Positions 36,298-44,147 of a stretch of 44,147 nucleotides of DNA are shown piece by piece. Under the pieces are notes generated by a model. It was not told the origin of the DNA and did not search any database. It saw only the letters and a list, made by a program, of their open reading frames with translations. Every line of letters begins with the position of its first letter. Within the stretch, counting starts at the first letter, position 1. The stretch is taken from the IMG/VR virus record IMGVR_UViG_3300020044_008469, positions 1 to 44,147 of that record, one strand, 5' to 3'. A program made the translations under genes and the position numbers. Source of the stretch: a virus (taxonomy: Duplodnaviria > Caudoviricetes).

Positions 36298-36569
36298 TGG
36301 AAGATAGGGTAGTCAACTCGGCACCATACCTCATTGGGTTTGTATGGCATGCCAGGGCTCTTTGGAACCAATGACGGAGCATTGACGTATTCGCGCTTTG
36401 CTTGCTTAAGCATATCTTCAAGCCCTGATCCGTGGACTCGAACGGCTGTCGGAAGCGCCCTAACGAGTGCATCTCGCAGCACCTCTGCCTCCTTAATGGC
36501 GAGCTTATGCTCTGTGCCGTTGATTATGACGGTGATAGTTCGATTGTCGGTTACTGAGATGTTGTTCAT
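36294..36569 (-). CDS. Hypothetical protein
   Basis: Early-region ORF. Confidence 0.6.
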   Translation of the reverse strand: MNNISVTDNRTITVIINGTEHKLAIKEAEVLRDALVRALPTAVRVHGSGLEDMLKQAKREYVNAPSLVPKSPGMPYKPNEVWCRVDYPIFQ

Positions 36570-36571
36570 GG

Positions 36572-36697
36572 TTACTTGGTAAGCGCTGGAATCTCTGTCG
36601 CAAACTGAAACGGTGCTCTCACTGACTCAGCCACCTGTGCAAGCGCGATTACAAGAGTGGCCAGGAACAGGACGTTGAGGATGTGCTTGGGTTTCAC
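36572..36697 (-). CDS. Small membrane peptide (41 aa, not in ORF track)
   Basis: MKPKHILNVLFLATLVIALAQV...; GTGA coupling. Confidence 0.5.
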   Translation of the reverse strand: MKPKHILNVLFLATLVIALAQVAESVRAPFQFATEIPALTK

Positions 36698-37008
36698 TTC
36701 ACCGCCTCCATAGCAGCTATCAGCTGCTTCACGAGCGAAACGGGAGCATTCTCACGCACCACGATGTCGGCAATCGAGCGGCCACGGGACAGGTGGTGAG
36801 CGATTCGGGTTGTGAGGTACTTGCTGCGGTTTGGCGAGGCTTTTCCGGACGCAAACTCCAGAACCGCCTTAGCCTTCTTGCTATCCCTACTCCGCTTTTT
36901 TTGGAGCGCACACGACTCGTCGTAAGCATCATTTAGTAATCGACGGACCCGCGTGCGAACAGCGATGGGATTGGAAGAGTACACATCCATTGAGGTGAGG
37001 GTAGCCAT
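36694..37008 (-). CDS. Basic hypothetical protein, possible C-terminal HTH
   Basis: GRSIADIVVRENAPVSLVKQLI. Confidence 0.6.
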   Translation of the reverse strand: MATLTSMDVYSSNPIAVRTRVRRLLNDAYDESCALQKKRSRDSKKAKAVLEFASGKASPNRSKYLTTRIAHHLSRGRSIADIVVRENAPVSLVKQLIAAMEAVK

Positions 37009-37011
37009 AGC

Positions 37012-37410
37012 TCAAGCCTTCTTCCCGTGCATGTGCTCGCGGCCCGTGTTGTAGGCGTGCTTGGCGACGATGGCCTGTGCCAGCCGCCACCCTCGCGCTT
37101 CAGCCAAATCCATCATGCGGATGATAGCGTCCGCGAACTCAGCCTCAGCACCGCTAAACTCCGGGATGTGATCGTCGGGAGGGTTGCCATGACGGAGCGC
37201 CTCACTGGCCTCGGACAGCTCGGAGATCACGAGAGCGATCATGGCTAGGTTGTTGTGGAGGATCACTGATGCTGGCACCGTGTCGTCCATTGAGGAGGCT
37301 CGGCAGATGCGCTCGGCAGCGAGCTTGCTATCCCAAAACCCTTTCTTGATGGCGTTGACGTGGACCGCCTGCTGGACGGTGTTGAACTCGTTGATGAATG
37401 TGTCGTTCAT
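37012..37410 (-). CDS. MazG-like NTP pyrophosphohydrolase
   Basis: LVISELSEASEALR...EAEFADAIIRMMD...KHAYNTGR. Confidence 0.85.
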   Translation of the reverse strand: MNDTFINEFNTVQQAVHVNAIKKGFWDSKLAAERICRASSMDDTVPASVILHNNLAMIALVISELSEASEALRHGNPPDDHIPEFSGAEAEFADAIIRMMDLAEARGWRLAQAIVAKHAYNTGREHMHGKKA

Positions 37411-37418
37411 TGGATGGG

Positions 37419-37446
37419 ACGGTAGCGGGCGGTAAGAGGATGTCAA
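37419..37446 (-). promoter_or_regulatory. Sigma70-like promoter, nearly leaderless
   Basis: TTGACA-N16-TACCGT-N8-ATG. Confidence 0.7.
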
Positions 37447-37613
37447 GGGGTGGGTAATGAATCACGAGCCCGCATCAGCACCAGTCGCGCATCCAGGGCC
37501 TCGTTGATCCGAGCCATCCACTTCTCCTTCTTGCCCATGGGAGCCTCCTCCCAGGCGTCCTTGAGGTTGCGCAGGTTGGCGTCGAGGGCGGTGATTTGGT
37601 CGGTGAGGGTCAT
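37443..37613 (-). CDS. Small helical protein (56 aa, not in ORF track)
   Basis: MTLTDQITALDANLRNLKDAWEE...; ATGA coupling. Confidence 0.6.
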   Translation of the reverse strand: MTLTDQITALDANLRNLKDAWEEAPMGKKEKWMARINEALDARLVLMRARDSLPTP

Positions 37614-37810
37614 GGTGCTTCCTTGCTGTCAGGGATTAAACGTGCAGACCACAGCCCACCAGCATTCCGAACTTCAAGGTCTGTCCACTGCTCTGTCACG
37701 ATGCGAACCGTTGGCTCTCCACCGAGACGCTCAAGTCTCCAGTAAGCTCCAGGGATTGTTGGAGGCTTGTCTGAGAAGCGTACGGAAGATCCGTAGACTA
37801 TAGTGGTCAT
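37610..37810 (-). CDS. Hypothetical protein, paralogue of the next gene
   Basis: FSDKPPTIPGAY...GLWS motif. Confidence 0.6.
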   Translation of the reverse strand: MTTIVYGSSVRFSDKPPTIPGAYWRLERLGGEPTVRIVTEQWTDLEVRNAGGLWSARLIPDSKEAP

Positions 37811-37811
37811 T

Positions 37812-38147
37812 TCACTCCCCACCCTCCGTTACGCGCTTGGCGCGGCTATTGTCCCAAGATGTGGCCCAGCCTTCTAATGATGGAGCCTCTTCAATTGCCT
37901 CCCTATACGCCATCTCCACCTCCACGGCTGGGACGAGGGGCGATGTGGACCAGAGGCCTACATGGTAAGATAGTGGCTCGTCAAACACGTACAAACGACC
38001 ATCGTGATTGTCGGATTTCACCATAGCTGGGCACACATCAAACCGCATCTGCTTGCTTGAACGAATGAATAGATAAACCCCAGACCTATCTGGCACCTTC
38101 TCGCTGAACTCCACGTCCAGCCCGTTGATCTTGATGACGGTGCTCAT
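37812..38147 (-). CDS. Hypothetical protein
   Basis: FSEKVPDRSGVY...GLWS motif. Confidence 0.65.
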   Translation of the reverse strand: MSTVIKINGLDVEFSEKVPDRSGVYLFIRSSKQMRFDVCPAMVKSDNHDGRLYVFDEPLSYHVGLWSTSPLVPAVEVEMAYREAIEEAPSLEGWATSWDNSRAKRVTEGGE

Positions 38148-38644
38148 GGCAGGATCTCATAGCGGAACACCACATGGCGGCTGGACGTGTTCGGAAGGAT
38201 TACGGACCCAGTGCTCACCGCCTCCGGCACCACCAGCGTGCATGGAGTGGTCAAATAGTAACCATACCCCATCACTGAATGGGAGGTGTAGATCGGTTCC
38301 GGGCCTCCGCCGCTGATGGTGATGGCGAATTTCCACCCCGGATAAGGGGGCTTGATGGCGAACTCGAAGTGCTGAGCCGAGCAATTTACTCGCAGGGTGT
38401 TCTGGTCGCGATCCCACTGCCAGGACACGTTCCGGCTAAATGCGATGACATCCACCTGCGTCCCGAAGGCGTCACGGCCACGGATCAGTGTGCGCCCGAT
38501 TGGGAGGATTCCTGGGAAGCTCCGGGCAATGATAACGCCCGGCCCGAGGGCTCCCGCAGGACGCCCGACTGGAGTTGGAATTACGCTGGCCGAGTAGGCA
38601 GTTAGGGATGCGAGGAGGGATGCTAGGATGAGATAGGGTTTCAT
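38144..38644 (-). CDS. Secreted/periplasmic hypothetical protein (copy A)
   Basis: Signal-peptide-like MKPYLILASLLASLTAYSA; conserved in the inverted copy. Confidence 0.75.
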   Translation of the reverse strand: MKPYLILASLLASLTAYSASVIPTPVGRPAGALGPGVIIARSFPGILPIGRTLIRGRDAFGTQVDVIAFSRNVSWQWDRDQNTLRVNCSAQHFEFAIKPPYPGWKFAITISGGGPEPIYTSHSVMGYGYYLTTPCTLVVPEAVSTGSVILPNTSSRHVVFRYEILP

Positions 38645-38793
38645 GTGAGTGGCTGATAGGATGCTGATGGTTTTCCGCAGTGCTTGCAAATCTTGGTGAC
38701 GTATTTGGCTATGTGAATCTCTGATGGAACCGTGATTGAGGTCTCCATTTTATGGATCCCTAGAAAGCAAAGAATGCGATAGAAGATATTCAC
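38641..38793 (-). CDS. DUF1660-like small zinc-ribbon protein (50 aa, not in ORF track)
   Basis: MNIFYRILCFLGIHK...ICKHCGK; GTGA and ATGA overlaps with both neighbours. Confidence 0.65.
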   Translation of the reverse strand: MNIFYRILCFLGIHKMETSITVPSEIHIAKYVTKICKHCGKPSASYQPLT

Positions 38794-39206
38794 TTCTCAC
38801 CCCCCAACACCTCAATCGCCTTATTCATCAACCGTCCCATCTCGCCGCCTCGGCAGTATGATTGGTAGAAGTGGCTGGCGGTGATCTGCTCAAGTGAGTC
38901 TAAGGCTTTCTGCATATCGCTGAAGTTCTCCGCGTAATCTTTGACGAATCTGGATATGTTCTCGGACAACTTCTCGGGCGTGTTGTCTGGGTAGTATGAA
39001 ACAGGAAGCTCGGCGCATGCCTTTTGGAGCATGGCCTTGTGGGCGGTGAGTTGTGCATTCGCGTCGAAGTATCTATCCTCATACTTCTTCGCAATCTCGC
39101 GAGCCTCGTCCAGTTCGCGTTCGAGCTGTTCGTAGTCTTCAGCGAATACAATTCTTCTGTTCTCCAGATAGGTATCTGCGGGACCAAGGAATGCGCGATC
39201 ACTCAC
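38790..39206 (-). CDS. Coiled-coil hypothetical protein (copy A)
   Basis: C-terminal two thirds conserved in the inverted copy. Confidence 0.75.
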   Translation of the reverse strand: MSDRAFLGPADTYLENRRIVFAEDYEQLERELDEAREIAKKYEDRYFDANAQLTAHKAMLQKACAELPVSYYPDNTPEKLSENISRFVKDYAENFSDMQKALDSLEQITASHFYQSYCRGGEMGRLMNKAIEVLGGEK

Positions 39207-39525
39207 GGGACACCCCCTTCACCAGCGCCTCGTAGTCCGCGATGATATGGTGAAACATGCGTGCATCTTTTGGAAAATCCGTCACGTCAGCGGCATATCT
39301 CACGCAGTCCACCAACCCAGTCACCACCGGGTCGTCGAGGCGGACCATGTGTTGCATTTGCTCTTTGAGTGCAACGGCCTCAGCGCAGAACTGTGTAGTT
39401 GATTGGTCTCGTGCGCACCCACCGGCCTGAAGGCGAGCGATCTCAGCTTGAAGCTCCCTGATCACATCCTGCTGGGCATCGGTGGCCTCCTGAGCAATCG
39501 CGTATGTTCGTTGTAACGGTGTCAT
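39199..39525 (-). CDS. Hypothetical protein (copy A)
   Basis: Nearly identical to 43101-43427; AAAGGA SD. Confidence 0.8.
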   Translation of the reverse strand: MTPLQRTYAIAQEATDAQQDVIRELQAEIARLQAGGCARDQSTTQFCAEAVALKEQMQHMVRLDDPVVTGLVDCVRYAADVTDFPKDARMFHHIIADYEALVKGVSRE

Positions 39526-39588
39526 CGTGGTCCTTTCGTTCCGTGATGTGTAGAGGATGGGTGCCGGGATGTCAAGTGGAGGATGACA

Positions 39589-39738
39589 CTATCGCAGCCT
39601 GATTGCTGTTACCAGCATTAGAGAGATGATCATCGCCATACATCCGCAGCCGATTTTATCGCCGGTACTGAGGCACAGTGAGAATGGAACGAGAGCTAAG
39701 GCGGCAACAATGAGCGGGATCCAGTATGGGTGATTCAT
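39589..39738 (-). CDS. Small two-TM membrane protein (copy A)
   Basis: 49 aa hydrophobic; conserved in copy B. Confidence 0.7.
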   Translation of the reverse strand: MNHPYWIPLIVAALALVPFSLCLSTGDKIGCGCMAMIISLMLVTAIRLR

Positions 39739-39742
39739 GGCG

Positions 39743-40147
39743 TTAGAACAGCGACGTGGTCCTGCTAGTCGGGCCGGAAACATACGGATTTCCATCCTGA
39801 TGGGCCTCTGGCGTTAGATTCTGCTCGTGATGAACATGCTGCCTGCTCGCCGGATACTCCACATGCACCGGCCCAATCGTCATCGACGGATGCTCTCCTT
39901 CAGGCTCCTCGATCAATTCTGGGTCGCTGACGAGCAGCCACGAGAAGGCCTTGATGGCGTTGTCTTTCTCAGCAAACCAGATGTCGGTCTCGTAGCCATC
40001 GTCACCGCAGTCGTATCTTTCTCGAATGCCAAGCAATCCTTTTTTGCTGACAGTCTTCCACCGGCTCCATGGCCATTTCTTGAACTCAGCTATCCAGCGC
40101 TCATTGAGGAGCTGGCGGACTCGGTAACGGGGTGAGAGGAGGTTCAT
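39743..40147 (-). CDS. Hypothetical protein (copy A)
   Basis: Conserved in copy B apart from an internal variable patch. Confidence 0.8.
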   Translation of the reverse strand: MNLLSPRYRVRQLLNERWIAEFKKWPWSRWKTVSKKGLLGIRERYDCGDDGYETDIWFAEKDNAIKAFSWLLVSDPELIEEPEGEHPSMTIGPVHVEYPASRQHVHHEQNLTPEAHQDGNPYVSGPTSRTTSLF

Positions 40148-40602
40148 TGGGGATCTTTCTTCCAGTTAATAGCTGCGTCGATTCCTTCGCGGATCGTCTT
40201 GTGATGGATGCGGAAATGGCTAGGGCCACCTTTATCTCCGCGAGCGCCATTCACCAGCTGGCCGGACACGGCTTTGCCGTCCATGTAGACAGAGCTGGTG
40301 CAGCGGGCATGCGAGAGGTGCATCAGGTTGCGTTCCAGCCAGTCCAAGCGGTCGGTGTCGGTGATAGGCTTTTCGGCGTCAGCGAACAGGACGGTGTTGA
40401 AACGGATTCCAGCGGGGCACTCCTCTAGCTCAACGGTGGAGCTTGAGCTTCCGACATGTGTACGGAGCACGGTGTAATGGCATCCAACCTTCAATCCGTA
40501 CTCTTTGGCGTACTCACCAGAATGTGGGTAGCCGTTCTTAGGATACGCGAACACCACCTTACTGCCAGTTGGTGCGTAGATGTTCATGATGTCGGTGCTC
40601 AT
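40144..40602 (-). CDS. Hypothetical protein
   Basis: ATGA-coupled; DTDRLDWLE motif seen in phage early proteins. Confidence 0.7.
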   Translation of the reverse strand: MSTDIMNIYAPTGSKVVFAYPKNGYPHSGEYAKEYGLKVGCHYTVLRTHVGSSSSTVELEECPAGIRFNTVLFADAEKPITDTDRLDWLERNLMHLSHARCTSSVYMDGKAVSGQLVNGARGDKGGPSHFRIHHKTIREGIDAAINWKKDPQ

Positions 40603-41108
40603 TGGAGTGTCGGGATGGGTGCGCGGGTGCGGTAGGTGAGCATTCCTAAGCACTCTTGCGGGCGATTGCTTGACGGGATGGCGTCCTTCCATCCGTCTTC
40701 GCATGCAAGCAACTGATAATCCTCCGGGAACCTCTCATCCAGCGTACACAGCGGCCTCCAGCCATCACCGAGCTGCTCCACGGTGAGGTTCTCGGGGTTC
40801 AGATAGGAGTGCCCGGGAGGGAGGGTTGGCCAGGACCAACCTGTGCTGGAAAGCATTAGGTCAACTGGAGGCGTCCATCCATCTACTGGAGTTGTTGGGT
40901 GGCTGGTAGTTTGCTCGCATGCGCCGGTAATGTCCCGTTTGTCGAGCCATGTGGTGGTCGCGGAGATCTTGGTAATTCCTATAGCGACCAAGATTGCAAA
41001 TTCCTCGCCAAGCACCTCGGAGTTGCTTTCAGCCACCTTGCGAGCCTTCTCAAGGTCGGTGTGTGGGGTGAGCCCTTGGAGCTTGATTACGTAGTAGCGT
41101 GGTGTCAT
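40599..41108 (-). CDS. Hypothetical protein
   Basis: Preceded by TTGACA at 41140-41145. Confidence 0.65.
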   Translation of the reverse strand: MTPRYYVIKLQGLTPHTDLEKARKVAESNSEVLGEEFAILVAIGITKISATTTWLDKRDITGACEQTTSHPTTPVDGWTPPVDLMLSSTGWSWPTLPPGHSYLNPENLTVEQLGDGWRPLCTLDERFPEDYQLLACEDGWKDAIPSSNRPQECLGMLTYRTRAPIPTLQ

Positions 41109-41158
41109 GTGGGCGGATAGATAGCGTATGGGATGAGGATGTCAAGGAGAAGGTGCTA

Positions 41159-41422
41159 CTAGGTTAGCCATGGGTCGGGCTCGATGGGGATGGCAGGCTG
41201 CGGAGCGGATGCGATCTGAGCCAGCAGCGCCTTCCTTTTAGCCCGCCACTTTGCCTGACTCTTGCGAGCAATGGCTCGGTAGGTTTCTGGATACCTTGCT
41301 CGCCAGCGCTTGACCTGCTCGTAGGCGCGATCTCGGTTAGTCTTCCGCCAGCGCTTCGTGGTCGCCGAGGCGCTTTCAGGGATGGATCCAGAGGAGGCGT
41401 CAGGTTGCGAGTAGTCGTCCAT
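41159..41422 (-). CDS. Basic R/K/W-rich hypothetical protein
   Basis: Repeating KRWRK/KRWRA/AKWRA helices; start uncertain. Confidence 0.6.
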   Translation of the reverse strand: MDDYSQPDASSGSIPESASATTKRWRKTNRDRAYEQVKRWRARYPETYRAIARKSQAKWRAKRKALLAQIASAPQPAIPIEPDPWLT

Positions 41423-41555
41423 AAGCGCGGTAGTTAGTATGGTAGAGAGCGCAGTATGGCAAGCAAATAGGCCGTTGATAGGGTAGTTGATATGGCCAGT
41501 ACTACACTCCACTCAACCACAGCCGAGCACGCAGTAGGATCCCTAAAAGGTGGCC

Positions 41556-41798
41556 CTACTCCTTCCCCACCTGTAGGAGCTTTACAGCCTTCAGCGTAGC
41601 TCCCTGATATGCTCCAAGCTCCCATAGATAACCATTCGCACTGTCACCACTCCATCGGTGCGCCAAAAGCGCTACAGCAGGCCATTCCGGCCCAATGCCA
41701 GCCAGTTTCAGGTGAGCCTCGATCAGCGAGATAGAGGGGAATCCAAGATGCTCACCCGTGCAGGCGTCGGTGACGAGGTAGTAGGAGGGGGTGTTCAT
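41556..41798 (-). CDS. Hypothetical protein
   Basis: Early-region ORF. Confidence 0.55.
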   Translation of the reverse strand: MNTPSYYLVTDACTGEHLGFPSISLIEAHLKLAGIGPEWPAVALLAHRWSGDSANGYLWELGAYQGATLKAVKLLQVGKE

Positions 41799-41802
41799 GG
41801 TG

Positions 41803-42036
41803 TTATCGTGATGCTTCCCAGCGCTTTAGCCATTTATCGAATGCCTTCCACACCGCTGGATTGGTGGGATGCTGGCACTTTCTTTCACCGCCATCAGCAC
41901 GGAGCCAGGTAGGCCCGCAATACCTATGGAAGTCCCAACGCCATGTCCGCCCGTTGATAACAGCGGATCCTGAGGCGTCAGCATAGTCCAGGAAGATGCG
42001 AGTGCCGTCTGCGAGGATGGATAGGTGGCCGGCCAT
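41803..42036 (-). CDS. Hypothetical protein, first gene of the leftward early operon
   Basis: Directly behind a leaderless promoter. Confidence 0.65.
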   Translation of the reverse strand: MAGHLSILADGTRIFLDYADASGSAVINGRTWRWDFHRYCGPTWLRADGGERKCQHPTNPAVWKAFDKWLKRWEASR

Positions 42037-42043
42037 GGGGGAG

Positions 42044-42071
42044 AGGATGGCAGAGGTAAGCGTGATGTCAA
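42044..42071 (-). promoter_or_regulatory. Sigma70-like leaderless promoter
   Basis: TTGACA-N16-CATCCT-N7-ATG. Confidence 0.65.
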
Positions 42072-42478
42072 GGGGATGGTGAGAGGGGATGTGCGGGGAG
42101 GGCCATTTTTTTGTATAGAAAAGCGACGTAAATGCGTGAAGGCCAATGGGATAGAAAGGGGTAACCTATCCATCATATAGCGCATACCCCACCCACCCCC
42201 AAGATGCCCCGGGGGCCATACTCTACCATTCTAGTAGGGATTCCTGGACTGTAACGGTAACGGTGACTGGAAAGGGGCTGTAATGGACTTGGAAGGCGAA
42301 AGATTGGTTCTATCCCGTTGACTATCAGCGCCTGGTTGGCTTCTTACCCCACAATTTTTGGAGGCTGGAAATATGGACGTAAAGGCAACATGCCTACAGA
42401 TGCTGAAGTGGTCCGCATTCCACGAATTTCTAAATGGCGATACACGCTTTCACTTTGGCCAAAACAAACAAAACCCCA

Positions 42479-42883
42479 ATGAACCTCCTCTCACCCCGTT
42501 ACCGAGTCCGACAGCTCCTCAATGAGCGCTGGATAGCTGAGTTTAAGAAATGGCCATGGAGCCGGTGGAGGACTGTCAGCGATGAAGGAAAGCTGGATAG
42601 CCCGTACTTATTCGGAGAAGGAGATCGGATTGATGAACCCGACTCGTGGTTCATTACGAAAGACGACGCTATCAAAGCCTTCTCGTGGCTGCTCGTAAGC
42701 GACCCAGAATTGATCGAGGAGCCTGAAGGAGAGCATCCGTCGATGACGATTGGGCCGGTGCATGTGGAGTATCCGGCGAGCAGGCAGCATGTTCATCACG
42801 AGCAGAATCTAACGCCAAAGGCTTATCGGGACAGTAACCCGTACGTCGCTGGCCCGACTAGCAGGACCACGTCGCTGTTCTAA
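42479..42883 (+). CDS. Hypothetical protein (copy B of 39743-40147)
   Basis: Same length, 134 aa. Confidence 0.8.
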   Translation: MNLLSPRYRVRQLLNERWIAEFKKWPWSRWRTVSDEGKLDSPYLFGEGDRIDEPDSWFITKDDAIKAFSWLLVSDPELIEEPEGEHPSMTIGPVHVEYPASRQHVHHEQNLTPKAYRDSNPYVAGPTSRTTSLF

Positions 42884-42887
42884 CGCC

Positions 42888-43037
42888 ATGAATCCCCCAT
42901 ACTGGATCCCGTTGATCGTGGCTGCATGCGCCCTAATGCCGTTCTCGCTGTGCCTAAGCACCGGTGACAAGGTGGGCTGCGGATGCATGGTAATGATCAT
43001 CTCACTGATGCTGGTAATGGCAATCAGGCTGCGATAG
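42888..43037 (+). CDS. Small two-TM membrane protein (copy B)
   Basis: MNPPYWIPLIVAACALMPFSLCLSTGDKVGCGC... Confidence 0.7.
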   Translation: MNPPYWIPLIVAACALMPFSLCLSTGDKVGCGCMVMIISLMLVMAIRLR

Positions 43038-43050
43038 TGTCATCCTCCAC

Positions 43051-43080
43051 TTGACATCCCGTCACCCATCCTCTACACAT
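43051..43080 (+). promoter_or_regulatory. Sigma70-like promoter (copy of 39546-39575)
   Basis: TTGACA-N17-TACACA, imperfect -10. Confidence 0.5.
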
Positions 43081-43100
43081 CACGGCACGAAAGGACCACG

Positions 43101-43427
43101 ATGACACCGTTACAACGAACATACGCGATTGCCCAGCAGGCCACCGATTCCAACCAGGATGTGATCAGGGAGCTTCAAGCTGAGATCGCTCGCCTTCAGG
43201 CCGGTGGGTTCGCACGAGACCAATCAACTACACAGTTCTGCGCTGAGGCCGTTGCACTCAAAGAGCAAATGCAACACATGGTCCGCCTTGACGACCCGGT
43301 GGTTACTGGGTTGGTGGACTGCGTGAGATATGCCGCTGACGTGACGGATTTTCCAAAAGATGCACGCATGTTTCACCATATCATCGCGGACTACGAGGCG
43401 CGGGTGAAGGAGGTGTCCCGTGAGTGA
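43101..43427 (+). CDS. Hypothetical protein (copy B of 39199-39525)
   Basis: Near-identical protein. Confidence 0.8.
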   Translation: MTPLQRTYAIAQQATDSNQDVIRELQAEIARLQAGGFARDQSTTQFCAEAVALKEQMQHMVRLDDPVVTGLVDCVRYAADVTDFPKDARMFHHIIADYEARVKEVSRE

Positions 43428-43854
43428 TACGCCAACGCCGAGGACCGACTCTTGCGTTGACTGGCCGTCACCAGAATACACGCAGCGCATACAGTTTGAA
43501 GGCTGCACTTGCGCGGTAATGGCTCCCGAAGATTACGAAGCACTTTACAAGCACGCTCAGCAACTCGAACGCGAACTGGCCGATGCGAAGGACTTGCTAC
43601 AGAAGGCATGCGCCGAGCTTCCGGTGTCTTACTATCCAGGCAACACCCCCGATAAGTTGCCATCAAACATTGCTGGCTTTGTGAAGGAGTACACGGAGAA
43701 CTTCAGCGATATGCAGAAAGCCTTAGACTCACTTGAGCAGATCACCGCCGGCCACTTCTACCAATCATCCTGCCGAGGTGGCGAAATGGAGCGGTTGATG
43801 AATCAGGCCATCCAATCTGTCAGCGTAGTAAACCCTAACCAAGAATCCAAATGA
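43420..43854 (+). CDS. Coiled-coil hypothetical protein (copy B, different N-terminus)
   Basis: Shares LQKACAELPVSYYP...GGEM with 38790-39206. Confidence 0.75.
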   Translation: MSDTPTPRTDSCVDWPSPEYTQRIQFEGCTCAVMAPEDYEALYKHAQQLERELADAKDLLQKACAELPVSYYPGNTPDKLPSNIAGFVKEYTENFSDMQKALDSLEQITAGHFYQSSCRGGEMERLMNQAIQSVSVVNPNQESK

Positions 43855-44147
43855 AACCCTACCTCATCCTCGCATCCCTCATCGCATCCCTAACTGCCTA
43901 CTCAGCCACCGTCATCCCAACTCCCGTTGGACGCCCAGCTGGCGCTCTCGGACCGGGCGTAATCATTGCCCGGAGCTACCCGGGACTGCTCCCAATCGGG
44001 CGCACACTGATCCGTGGCCGTGACGCCTTCGGGACGCAGGTGGATGTCATCGCATTTAGCCGGAACGTGTCCTGGCAGTGGGATCGCGACCAGAACAGCC
44101 TGCGAGTAAATTGCTCAGCTGGGCACTTCGAGTTCTCCATCAAGCCT
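43851..44147 (+). CDS. Secreted hypothetical protein (copy B, truncated by window end)
   Basis: MKPYLILASLIASLTAYSATVIPTP... Confidence 0.75.
   Translation, partial: MKPYLILASLIASLTAYSATVIPTPVGRPAGALGPGVIIARSYPGLLPIGRTLIRGRDAFGTQVDVIAFSRNVSWQWDRDQNSLRVNCSAGHFEFSIKP

Larger units (their letters stand above)
38348..40152 (-). repeat. Arm A of a long imperfect inverted repeat
   Basis: Five genes and a promoter recur in reverse orientation at 42474-44147. Confidence 0.92.
42474..44147 (+). repeat. Arm B of the long imperfect inverted repeat (runs off the window)
   Basis: Reverse-complement homologue of 38348-40152. Confidence 0.92.

Noticed and set aside
38348-44147. Diversity-generating retroelement as cause of the variable patches
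   Set aside because: No reverse transcriptase in the window, and differences are not adenine-specific
1-44147. tRNA genes, CRISPR arrays, integrase/att sites, IS elements
   Set aside because: No cloverleaf, regularly spaced repeat-spacer array, recombinase or transposase motif seen by eye

Overview
This window is part of a tailed dsDNA bacteriophage genome (about 57-58% GC by eye; host not determinable from sequence alone). No integrase, tRNA, CRISPR array or reverse transcriptase is visible. Left to right: (i) a minus-strand late region with probable virion proteins, a lysis-like cluster (holin-like protein, lipoprotein), a 1008-aa tailspike, major capsid, scaffold and portal; (ii) a plus-strand island with terminase large subunit and an HNH endonuclease; (iii) a minus-strand DNA-metabolism operon (RusA-like resolvase, HNH, SWIM finger, dNMP kinase, DnaB, DnaC-like loader, initiator with internal iterons, metallophosphoesterase, C5 methyltransferase, 3'-5' exonuclease, SSB-like protein); (iv) a plus-strand block (HTH protein, SMC/Rad50-like ATPase, GT32-type glycosyltransferase, SAM methyltransferase, SGNH hydrolase, tail fibre, lectin-like protein); (v) many small early genes with TTGACA promoters, part of which recurs at the right end as a diverged, mosaic inverted copy. 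The most notable signals, all found by manual reading and unverified: a candidate ~75-nt sRNA with 17-nt perfect complementarity to the ribosome-binding region of the exonuclease gene 8.4 kb away, plus shorter matches at the SSB-like and SMC-like genes; a RusA-like resolvase whose motifs are interleaved across two overlapping reading frames; a candidate double-pseudoknot ncRNA; and the inverted mosaic duplication.
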